A stretch of 26,932 bases of DNA, from NCBI RefSeq assembly GCF_006345805.1, contig NW_021836398.1, positions 1-26,932 of the forward strand, read 5' to 3'. This DNA comes from Octopus sinensis (Eukaryota). Below the pieces are notes generated by a model. It made no database searches and was not told where the DNA came from. It saw nothing but the letters and a program-made list of their open reading frames with translations. Made by a program: the position numbers and the translations under genes. Numbering within the stretch: the first letter of the stretch is position 1; each line of letters starts with the position of its first letter. Below are positions 10,926 to 22,045 of the stretch, piece by piece.

Positions 10926-11339
10926 ATATATATATATATATATGTGTGTGTATATAATATATATATGTATATATATATATGTATCCAAGCAACATTTTAA
11001 TATACAAATACATTCTCTCTTTGTTCGAAACAACTTCTTTAATGCACCAATGTACCAATATACCAATATATACATATATTCGTCTCCATCTATGTCTCTC
11101 ACATCATCGAAATAAACCAATATACACATTAGTCTTTTGTAATGTCGTTGCTAAAGCAAGCCTTGTATACAAATATATAACTATTTGTCTTTTCTGAAGC
11201 TTCTCGCAGAGTGTTATGAAATATATGTTTATGTTCCAAACACCATTATGATATACCAATATCTTTTATGTATTCTGGACACCATCTCAATATATTGATG
11301 TACGTTCTATGTTCCAAACACCATCGCAATCCTCCTCTT

Positions 11340-11370
<31 letters not shown>

Positions 11371-11453
11371 ATCATCATCATCATTTAATTTCCACTTTGC
11401 CATGCTTGCAAAATTTGTTGAGGCAGATTTTTCTACGACTGGTTGCTCTTCCT

Positions 11454-11867
11454 GAGCTGGCAGAAACGTTAGCACGTTGGGTGAAATGCTTAGCGGTATT
11501 TCGTCTGCCGTTACGTTCTGAGTTCAAATTCCACCGAGGTCGACTTTGCCTTTCATCCTTTCGGGGTCGATAAATTAAGTACCAGTTATGTACTGGGGTC
11601 GATATAATCGAATTAATCCATATGTCTGTCTTGTTTGTCCCTTCTGTGTTTAGCCCCTTGTGGGTAGTAAACAAATAGGTATTTCGTCTGTCTCTACATT
11701 CTGAGTTCAAATTCCACCGTGGTCGACTTTGACTTTCATCCTTTCGGGGTCGATAAATTAAGTACCTGTTATGCACTGGGGTCGATATAATCGACTTGAT
11801 TCACATGTCTGTCTTGTTTATCCCGTCTGTGTTTAGCCCCTAGTGGGTAGTAAAGAAATAAGTATTT
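11454..11867 (+). mobile_element. SINE family B with tandem duplication of its 183-bp body
   Basis: GAGCTGGCAGAAACGTTAGCAC head; GGTATTTCGTCTG at 11495 and 11678 begins two similar bodies. Confidence 0.9.
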
Positions 11868-12077
11868 CCCCATGGCCAGACACGTTTTTCACACATGACC
11901 GGAAACTAGCAACCCCGCCTGTTGACAGTGATGCTCATTTACAACCACCATATGATGTCTAGAGACAAGAACACATAAGCACATGCATGCACACATATGT
12001 ACATATGGAAACAGCTGTAAGCCTATAATGCACAAATAAATTTATAATGACCATTACTTATGACAGTTTTCTCATAT

Positions 12078-12300
12078 ATCATCATCATTTAATGTCCATT
12101 TTCTTGTCCTGCCATGGGTTGTACATTTTGTCAGAAGCTGGCAAGCCAGAAGGCTGCACCAGAAGGCTGCACCAGGTTCCAGTCATCTGTTTTGGAATGA
12201 TTACTATAGCTTGATGCCCTTTCTAACACCAACCACATTACAGAGCATACTGGGTGCTTTTCACATGGTACCAGCACAGATACATTTGATGTGACACCAG
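12078..12300 (-). mobile_element. Family C (RTE-tail) element
   Basis: (CAT)n-TTAATGTCCATTTTC...GATGCCCTTTCTAACACCAACCAC...TGGGTGCTTTTCAC. Confidence 0.75.
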
Positions 12301-12304
12301 TATA

Positions 12305-12345
<41 letters not shown>

Positions 12346-12349
<4 letters not shown>

Positions 12350-13797
12350 CTCTTTACTACTTGTTTCAGTCATTTGACTGCGGCCATACTGGAGCACCGC
12401 CTTTAATCGAGCAACTGAACCCCGGGACTTGTTCTTTTGTAAGCCCAGTACTTATTCTATTGATCTCTTTTGCTGAACCGCTAAGTAACGGGGGCGTAAA
12501 CACACCAGGATCGGTTGTCAAGCAATGCTAGGGGGATGAACACACACACACACGCATATATATATATACATATATTCGACGGGCTCTTTTCAGTTTCCGT
12601 CTACCAATCCACACAAGGCTTTGGTCGGCCCGTGGCTATAGTAGAAGACACTTGCCCAAGGTGCTACGCAGTGGGACTGAACCATGTGGTTGGTAAACAA
12701 GCTACTTACCACACAGCCACTCCTGTGCCTATATGTATATATTACTCTTTACTACTTGTTTCAGTCATTTGACTGCGGCCATACTGGAAGCACCGCCTTT
12801 AATCGAGCAACTGAACCCCGGGACTTGTTCTTTTGTAAGCCCAGTACTTATTCTATTGATCTCTTTTGCTGAACCGCTAAGTAACGGGGGCGTAAACACA
12901 CCAGGATTGGTTGTCAAGCAATGCTAGGGGGATGAACACACACACACACGCATATATATATATACATATATTCGACGGGCTCTTTTCAGTTTCCGTCTAC
13001 CAATCCACACAAGGCTTTGGTCGGCCCGTGGCTATAGTAGAAGACACTTGCCCAAGGTGCTACGCAGTGGGACTGAACCATGTGGTTGGTAAACAAGCTA
13101 CTTACCACACAGCCACTCCTGTGCCTATATGTATATATTACTCTTTACTACTTGTTTCAGTCATTTGACTGCGGCCATACTGGAAGCACCGCCTTTAATC
13201 GAGCAACTGAACCCCGGGACTTGTTCTTTTGTAAGCCCAGTACTTATTCTATTGATCTCTTTTGCTGAACCGCTAAGTAACGGGGGCGTAAACACACCAG
13301 GATTGGTTGTCAAGCAATGCTAGGGGGATGAACACACACACACACGCATATATATATATACATATATTCGACGGGCTCTTTTCAGTTTCCGTCTACCAAT
13401 CCACACAAGGCTTTGGTCGGCCCGTGGCTATAGTAGAAGACACTTGCCAAGGTGCTACGCAGTGGGACTGAACCATGTGGTTGGTAAACAAGCTACTTAC
13501 CACACAGCCACTCTGTGCCTATATGTATATATTACTCTTTACTCCTTTACTTGTTTCAGTCATTTGACTGTGGCCATGCTGGAGCACCACCTTTAGTCGA
13601 ACAAATCGACCCCAGGACTTATTCTTTGGAAGCCTAGTACTTATTCTATTGACCTCTTTTTGCTGAACCACTAAGTGACGGGGCGTAAACACACCAGCAT
13701 CAGTTGTCAAGCAATGTTGGTGAGGGGTGGGGGTGGACACACAAACACACACACTCAAATACACACACATATGTATACACATATACATATATACGAC
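12346..13797 (-). repeat. Head-to-tail array of family A SINEs: three 396-bp copies plus one truncated copy
   Basis: Identical ORFs at 12515/12911, 12684/13080 and 12733/13129 (offset 396). Confidence 0.95.
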
Positions 13798-14336
13798 GAT
13801 TACCCCTCCAAGGTTCTGTTAGCTATGAAACATATGTAGGCTGGATTTTATCTAGTCCATTTCCTAATTTTTGATAAATATATATCTACTTTTCTCTTTA
13901 TTGCCCACAAGGGGCTAAACAGAGAGGGGACAAACAAGGACAGACAAAGAGATTAAGTCAGTTACTGCTACTTAATTTATTGACCCCGATAAATTATATA
14001 TATACTCACACAAACATATATGCATAAAGATAGATTGATAGATAGGAAGTGAGAGAGAGAGAGAGGGAGAGGCTTATGCTTGCTGATTGATGCAGGTATG
14101 GCTGTGTGATTAAAAGGTTTGCTCTCTGACAATAGGGTTTCAAGTTCAGTTCTCCTGCATGCCACCATGGTCAGGTTACTCTTCTGCAGATCTGGGCCAA
14201 CCTGAGGCTTATAAATGAATTTCATAGTTGAAAACTTAAAGAAGCCCATTATGTGTATATATATATGTGTGTGTGTGTATGAGGAGTGGGGCTGAAATTA
14301 TATATATATACTAGTAAAATTTCCCTAGTATATACA

Positions 14337-14532
14337 TATCAGTCGCCATGATAGATTGTTAGCTACTACACACATTTTTTTCTCTCCTTGTTTCTTTCTG
14401 TGTCCCTTTCTGTAGAAGAGCATAGGCTCGAAACATAAAAGACTTTTTCTATTCCTGAGCGTTATACTAATATATCTGTTTTCTTTGTACACCACCTGTC
14501 TTCATCATTTGTTTTTTTCATAAACTCTCCCT
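14337..14532 (+). mobile_element. Short (TA)n-flanked element with minimal hammerhead-like motif at 14402-14443 (duplicate at 16133-16174)
   Basis: CTTT-CTGTAGA-A-GAGC-ATAG-GCTC-GAAA-CA-TA-AAAG, then TTCCTGAGCG. Confidence 0.65.
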
Positions 14533-14567
14533 ATATATATATATATCTATCTATATATATATATATA

Positions 14568-14698
14568 AAATTGAAAAAGTTTGTCGTAGGTATAAGATAC
14601 CATAAGCAATTATAAAAATGGAGAAAAGATGTTACATCTTTTCTCCATTTTTGTAATGCTTATGGTATCTTTATACCTATGACAAACTTTTTCAATTT
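14568..14698. repeat. About 130-bp near-perfect palindrome (duplicate at about 16297-16427)
   Basis: AAATTGAAAAAGTTTGTCGTAGGTATAAGATACC...AAAAGATGT-T-ACATCTTTT...GACAAACTTTTTCAATTT. Confidence 0.95.
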
Positions 14699-14830
14699 GT
14701 TATTTTCATATTCTTACTGCTTCCTCTAGCAGGATATCTCTGAATATGATGAATTTTTATTAGAAATTATTTTCTCTCTTTTTGGACTCCTCAAAAAGTT
14801 CACATATTCTACTTGAACTTATTTTTTCTC

Positions 14831-14864
<34 letters not shown>

Positions 14865-16555
14865 TACTCTTTACTACTTGTTTCAGTCATTTGACTGCGG
14901 CCATACTGGAGCACCGCCTTTAATCGAGCAACTGAACCCCGGGACTTGTTCTTTTGTAAGCCCAGTACTTATTCTATTGATCTCTTTTGCTGAACCGCTA
15001 AGTAACGGGGGCGTAAACACACCAGGATCGGTTGTCAAGCAATGCTAGGGGGATGAACACACACACACACGCATATATATATATACATATATTCGACGGG
15101 CTCTTTTCAGTTTCCGTCTACCAAATCCACACAAGGCTTTGGTCGGCCCGTGGCTATAGTAGAAGACACTTGCCCAAGGTGCTACGCAGTGGGACTGAAC
15201 CATGTGGTTGGTAAACAAGCTACTTACCACACAGCCACTCCTGTGCCTATATGTATATATTACTCTTTACTCCTTTACTTGTTTCAGTCATTTGACTGTG
15301 GCCATGCTGGAGCACCACCTTTAGTCGAACAAATCGACCCCAGGACTTATTCTTTGGAAGCCTAGTACTTATTCTATTGACCTCTTTTTGCTGAACCACT
15401 AAGTGACGGGGCGTAAACACACCAGCATCAGTTGTCAAGCAATGTTGGTGAGGGGTGGGGGTGGACACACAAACACACACACTCAAATACACACACATAT
15501 GTATACACATATACATATATACGACGATTACCCCTCCAAGGTTCTGTTAGCTATGAAACATATGTAGGCTGGATTTTATCTAGTCCATTCCTAATTTTTG
15601 ATAAATATATATCTACTTTTCTCTTTATTGCCCACAAGGGGCTAAACAGAGAGGGGACAACAAGGACAGACAAAGAGATTAAGTCAGTTACTGCTACTTA
15701 ATTATTGACCCCGATAAATTATATATATACTCACACAAACATATATGCATAAAGATAGATTGATAGATAGGAAGTGAGAGAGAGAGAGAGAGAGAGGGAG
15801 AGGCTTATGCTTGCTGATTGATGCAGGTATGGCTGTGTGATTAAAAGGTTTGCTCTCTGACAATAGGGTTTCAAGTTCAGTTCTCCTGCATGCCACCATG
15901 GTCAGGTTACTCTTCTGCAGATCTGGGCCAACCTGAGGCTTATAAATGAATTTCATAGTTGAAAACTTAAAGAAGCCCATTATGTGTATATATATATGTG
16001 TGTGTGTGTATGAGGAGTGGGGCTGAAATTATATATATATACTAGTAAAATTTCCCTAGTATATACATATCAGTCGCCATGATAGATTGTTAGCTACTAC
16101 ACACATTTTTTTCTCTCCTTGTTTCTTTCTGTGTCCCTTTCTGTAGAAGAGCATAGGCTCGAAACATAAAAGACTTTTTCTATTCCTGAGCGTTATACTA
16201 ATACATCTGTTTTCTTTGTACACCACCTGTCTTCATCATTTGTTTTTTTCGTAAACTCTCCCTATATATATATATATATCTATATATATATATATAAAAT
16301 TGAAAAAGTTTGTCGTAGGTATAAGATACCATAAGCAATTATAAAAATGGAGAAAAGATGTTACATCTTTTCTCCATTTTTGTAATGCTTATGGTATCTT
16401 TATACCTATGACAAACTTTTTCAATTTGTTATTTTCATATTCTTACTGCTTCCTCTAGCAGGATATCTCTGAATATGATGAATTTTTATTAGAAATTATT
16501 TTCTCTCTTTTTGGACTCCTCAAAAAGTTCACATATTCTACTTGAACTTATTTTT

Positions 16556-16621
<66 letters not shown>

Positions 16622-16623
<2 letters not shown>

Positions 16624-17449
16624 TCTTTACTCTTTACTCTTTTACTGTTTCAGTCATTTGACTGCGGCCATGCTGGAGCACCGCCTTTAGTCGAGCAAAT
16701 CGACCCCGGGACTTATTCTTTGTAAGCCCAGTACTTATTCTATCGGTCTCTTTTGCCGAACCGCTAAGTGACGAGGACGTAAACACACCAGCATCGGTTG
16801 TCAAGCAATGCTAGGGGGACAAACACAGACACACAAACACACACGCACACATATATATACATATATACGACAGGCTTCTTTCAGTTTCCGTCTACCAAAT
16901 CCACTCACAAGGCATTGGTCGGCCCGGGGCTATAGCAGAAGACATTTGCCCAAGATGCCACGCAGTGGGACTGAACCCGGAACCATGTGGTTGGTTAGCA
17001 AGCTACTTACCACACAGCCACTCCTGCGCCTATATATATATATATATATAGGTGTAGGAGTGGCTGTGTGGTAAGTAGCTTGCTTACGAACCACTTGGTT
17101 CCACGTTCAGTCCCACTGCGTGACACCTTGGACAAGTGTCTTCTACTATAGCCTTGGGCCGACCAAAGTCTTGTGAGTGGATTTGGTAGACGAAAACTGA
17201 AAGAAGCCTGTCGTATATATATATATATATTTGTATGTATGTATGTGTGTGTATCTGTGTTTGTCCCCCCAACAATACTTGACAACCGATTCTGGTGTGT
17301 TTACGTCCCTGTAACTTAGTGGTTCAGCCAAAAGAGACCGATAGAATAAGTACTAGGCTTACAAAGAATAAGTCCTGGGGTCGATTTGCACAACTAAAGG
17401 CGGTGCTCCAGCATTGCCACAGTCAAATGACTGAAACAAGTAAAAGAGT
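16622..17449. mobile_element. Head-to-head pair of full-length family A SINEs (- 16622-17030; + 17051-17449) separated by (TA)10
   Basis: Both match the consensus over about 400 bp in opposite orientation. Confidence 0.93.
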
Positions 17450-17611
17450 AATGAAAACAATGCCACATTTTAAACCTTAGGAAAGTCTCGCGTAGTCTTA
17501 CTGTTCCTCTTACAATTTGTATTTTTAACGTGTAAACTAGTTGGTTGATTTCTTTTTCTGAAAATCCAAGCTTATCCAGATTGACAGCTAGGCATTTAAT
17601 TATGTATATAT

Positions 17612-17845
17612 GAAAACAATTGCAGTGTGGAAGGTGTTTATAAACCATTTAAGAAACACACAAAAACCGTTAGATTCACTTCAACATTTAAATTTAATTT
17701 GTCAAAATATTTTCCTCCCTTTGAGGTCGCGGACCTGTTCACTGATAAAACTTTGTGCTGCATCACGAGATGTTGAAGCTAATCTAACAGTTTTTATGTG
17801 TTTCTTAAATGGCTCATAAACACCTTCCACGCCGCAATTGTTTTC
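17612..17845. mobile_element. Element with 76-bp imperfect inverted arms (17612-17687 / 17770-17845) enclosing a G3-C8 hammerhead-like motif (17698-17749, -)
   Basis: GAAAACAATTGCAGTGTGGAAGGTGTTTAT... / ...ATAAACACCTTCCACGCCGCAATTGTTTTC; spacer on minus strand reads TTTATCA GTGAACA ... GAAA ATAT TT TGACAAA. Confidence 0.75.
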
Positions 17846-17955
17846 GTTCTAGCACACGATCTCAGATCAGGTCACTTGCTATGCAAGTACATCTCCGTAA
17901 TATGTATATATGTCTGTCTGTGCACACACATTCTTATATCATTTAGTGACATAAT

Positions 17956-18368
17956 TACTCTTATACTCTTTACTCTTTTACTTGTTTCAGCCATTTGACT
18001 GTGGCCATGCTGGAGCACCGCCTTTAGTCGAACAAATCAACCCCGGGACTTATTCTTTGTAAGCCCAGTACTTATTCTATCGGTCTCTTTTTGCCGAACC
18101 ACTGACGGGGACGTAAACACACCAGCATCGGTTGTCAAGCAATGCTAGGGGTACAAACACAGACACACAAACACACACATACAAATATATATACATATAT
18201 ATACACATATACGACAGGCTTCTTTCAGTTTCCGTCTACCAAATCCACTCACAAGGCATTGGTCGGCCGGGGCTGTAGCAGAAGACACTTGCCCAAGATG
18301 CCATGCAGTGGGACTGAACCTGGAACCATGTGGTTGGTTAGCAAGCTACTTACCACACAGCCACTCCT
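17956..18368 (-). mobile_element. Family A SINE, near full length
   Basis: Consensus match. Confidence 0.92.
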
Positions 18369-18399
18369 TGCAGTGTTTGTTATTTTCCTTCTTAACCGT

Positions 18400-18880
18400 T
18401 CTGTCCAGTAAAGCCATAGATTTTAGTCATTGCTTCATATCTTCGTTTATAAACTTGATTAAATTTGTTAGCTACATTGGCCCATCGTAATAAACTGCTG
18501 TCGAGTTTATTGTAATTTCATTGCGGACAGGAAAACAGGGATTAGCTCAATCAATTTCTGTAAATTAACTAAACTGCTGGAAATGTGTCGAAATGTTCAA
18601 TTTAATCTGCCTTGGTTTAATAAAGTGTGTGATAAAAGTGGCTTAAAATTCAATTAGATACGAATGGTGAGCTGAGAGTAAAGGAAAAGTTGGTTGTTAA
18701 AGTGAGTGTTAACATATTGTAAAGTACGTGGACAAATTGATCCCTCTCTTTCTGTCCATGGTGAAGTCCTATTTCGATGACAGCAGTTTATGACTGTTCA
18801 ATGAAGTTGATAAATTTAAATATGTTTAATTAGTTTGTGAATGTAGCAATGGCTGAAATGTACGGATTTAACTGAATGTT
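18400..18880. mobile_element. Old MITE/fold-back element with diverged inverted arms of about 105 bp
   Basis: ATAAACTGCTGTC (about 18490) / GACAGCAGTTTAT (about 18779); similarity extends outward to CAGTAAAGCCATAGATTTTAGTCATTGCT vs AGCAATGGCTGAAATGTACGGATTTAACTG. Confidence 0.6.
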
Positions 18881-18907
18881 ATAAAAAAAGCTGAATGGGT
18901 CAACATA

Positions 18908-19072
18908 GATGCAGGAGTGGCTGTGTGGTAAGTAGCTTGCTTAACAACCGCATGGTTCCGGGTTCAGTCCCACTGCGTGGCACCTTGGGCAAGTGTCTTC
19001 TACTATAGCCTCGGGTCAACCAAACCCTTGTGAGTGGATTTGGTAGACGGAAACTGAAAGAAGCCTGTCGTA
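18908..19072 (+). mobile_element. Family A SINE head
   Basis: GCAGGAGTGGCTGTGTGGTAAG (box A) ...GGGTTCAGTCCC (box B). Confidence 0.9.
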
Positions 19073-19400
19073 TATATGTATATATATATATATATGTATC
19101 AAAGAAAAACAGAATGCAAAGGATTTTGTGGTACATATGTTTCGGGCTTTATTGAACAACTTATATCAATGCATAATTGATATAACAGGTATATGTATAT
19201 ATATATGTATGTGTGCATATATGTTTGTGTATCTGTATTTGTTATTAAAAATCTCCCGACCCAAGTTAACAAATTACTTACTACATCTACTAACTAAAGT
19301 GTAAAATTTATATTACTAACAAACTCAGAAATAATAAATCTGATTAGAACCATCAGTGAAGTCAGTCATTTTCTTTTTCCAAATATATATATATATATAT

Positions 19401-19433
<33 letters not shown>

Positions 19434-19712
19434 GAGGTTGAAACACTCCTGTCACAACCTGGGACCTTGATGACTGCTTTAATGCAAGAAAGTATACTAG
19501 TCCCTTAATATTTTATATTCAATATTTCATGTATTCAATAAGACAATCAATACTTCATTTCATTTTACTATATATATACTATTTATACTATATATTCTAT
19601 ATTCTACATTAATATTATAAAGAATATAAATAAAACATAGAAAACAGAGTTGGAAGTTCTTTGAATAATATACATCCCTCTATACACAATCATGCAAACC
19701 CCTTTTTATTTA

Positions 19713-19748
<36 letters not shown>

Positions 19749-19753
<5 letters not shown>

Positions 19754-20102
19754 ACAAGTCAGGATAGAAAATGCTAAAATAATTTTAAAAAAGAATATTT
19801 CAGTACCGGTTTCAGTCATTGAGACTTTTTCAACTGTAACAATTAAGATTTCCTAACAAGAATTCACAATGACCTCGAACCCACAACTGTAAAGAAGAGA
19901 GACAGAGAAAGGCAGAAACAAGGAAAATGCCACTTCAATTTGAACACTATACAAATATTCTTTTTAAAAAAACTTTTCTTTTAATTTTTCTAAATTTAAT
20001 TATTTAATCGTTACAGTTGAAAAGGTCTCAAATGACTGAAACCGGTACTGAAATGTTTCTTTATAAAATTATTTTAGCATTTTCTATCCTGACTTGTTTT
20101 TT
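19749..20102. mobile_element. (TA)n-flanked element with about 98-bp inverted arms, each carrying a U3-A8 minimal hammerhead-like motif (19798-19839 -, 20011-20053 +)
   Basis: CAG-TTGAAAA-(A/G)GTC-loop-GACT-GAAA-CCGG-TA-CTG in both arms. Confidence 0.8.
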
Positions 20103-20658
20103 CATATATATCAACTCGTGTGTTCCTTTTCATCTTTATACACACACATACACACACACACACATATATATATACATGCGTGTATATGTGTGTAAAAGGC
20201 AGCATGCTGATGTAGTTAGATGCAGGTTTACACTGAAGTCACAAAATAACGGTAGCAGAATGACAAGATAACAAAAAAACCAACAGAATTAACAACAGAT
20301 AACAGGAAGAATTGTTGATGGTTTAGAATTTAAGGTTCTTTGTCTCTTAATCTGTGTGTGTATATAAGGATGTATACATACACACACCTTACTTATATAT
20401 TCATTATACAGGTATATGCACGTATATATATATATATATATATATATAATATGTATGCTATAGATTTACATTTATACATATATGTGTGCGTGTGTATTGT
20501 ACATATATACACATCTATATATACACTTACATGCATACATACTCACACACATATATATGTCTAAAGAGCTGAGAAGTTAACATAAAACATGCATACACAA
20601 ACATATACAGTTCAGTAGTTAAATGTATACAAAAGGCCTTATATATATATATATATAT

Positions 20659-20717
<59 letters not shown>

Positions 20718-20720
<3 letters not shown>

Positions 20721-20912
20721 GTATGTGTATTGTTGTGTGTGTACGTTTATATATATATATATATATAAACGTACACACCCAACAATACACATACATATGT
20801 GTATATATATATATATATATATATGTAATATATATGTATGTGTATTGTTGTGTGTGTACGTTTTATATTATATATATATATAAACGTACACACACAACAA
20901 TACACATACATA
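20718..20912. repeat. Two tandem 80-bp palindromes centred on (TA)n
   Basis: TATGTATGTGTATTGTTGTGTGTGTACGTTTA-(TA)n-TAAACGTACACAC.CAACAATACACATACATA, twice. Confidence 0.9.
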
Positions 20913-21354
20913 TTATATTATATACATACATACATATATATACACACAGTTCAGCAGTTAATACAAACAAAAGTTGGTGCCATGATTCTGGATTTAGAGA
21001 CAGAAAACAAAAAAAAAGTCAGAAGCTGTAAAAAGAAAAAAAAAGGAATATTGAATGTGTGTGTGTGTGTGTGTGTGCGTGTGTGTCTATATAAGTGTGT
21101 AGACACATGAGTGAGCGTGTATGTTGTTGTGCATATGCATGCATATATGGTGGTGGTGGTGGTGGCGGGTAGGTAAATATTTGATTCTTTGCTGTAAGAG
21201 TAAAACAAAAGATCACGTGTAGACACACAACCAAACACACACACATACATATATGAATATACACACACACACATGTATATATATATACATACAAACATAT
21301 ACATATATAGTATGTATACATACACATATGTACACTCACACATGCATACACACT

Positions 21355-21520
21355 CATCTTTCTGTGTTTTTCTCTCTCTGTGTATCTTTCTGTTGAAGAG
21401 CGTAGGCTCGAAACGTTAAAGACTTGTTTTATTTATATTTCCTGAGCGCCATACCAATACAATTGTTCGTTTGTTTTCCACCTGCCTTCGTCTTTTGTTT
21501 ATTTTCATAAAGCTTCCCGT
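21355..21520 (+). mobile_element. Short element with minimal hammerhead-like motif at 21385-21422
   Basis: TCTTT-CTGTTGA-A-GAGC-GTAG-GCTC-GAAA-CG-TT-AAAGA, then TTCCTGAGCG; homologous to 14337-14532. Confidence 0.7.
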
Positions 21521-22045
21521 TATATATATATATACATACACATACAAACATACACATAGACAGTAGGTATATACACACATGCATACGCATATGCATTCAC
21601 ATACATACACAAATATGCATATGTACACACACACATACAAATGCATATGCACACACGCACATAGATACATACACATGCACATATGTACACACACACATAT
21701 ATACATACATACACACAGATACATACATATACATATATACACACAGATACATACATAGGCTTATACATATATACACATGCAGATATACACATGCATATAT
21801 ACACAGATGCATACATACATACACATATATACACAGATGCATACATACACATTTATATATACAGATACATATATATACATACATACACACACATACATAT
21901 ATACACACATACATATATACACACATACATGCATACACGCATGCATACATACGCACACACACATAATACATACATACATATATACACACATACACGCATA
22001 CATACATACATACACACACACATATATACACATGCATATACACGT
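21521..22045. repeat. Degenerate (CA/TA)n low-complexity tract
   Basis: Directly visible. Confidence 0.95.

Larger units (their letters stand above)
13137..16560. repeat. Tandem duplication of about 1.73 kb (13137-14831 vs 14863-16560)
   Basis: Identical ORFs at 13519/15247 and near-identical at 13977/15702; the copies differ mainly by 1-bp indels and microsatellite length. Confidence 0.95.

Noticed and set aside
11190-11232. CTGAAGC...GAAATATATG hammerhead-like string
   Set aside because: Core mismatch at A9 and no supporting stems.
12515-13323. Repeated identical small ORFs as a gene family
   Set aside because: They are antisense translations of tandem SINE copies.
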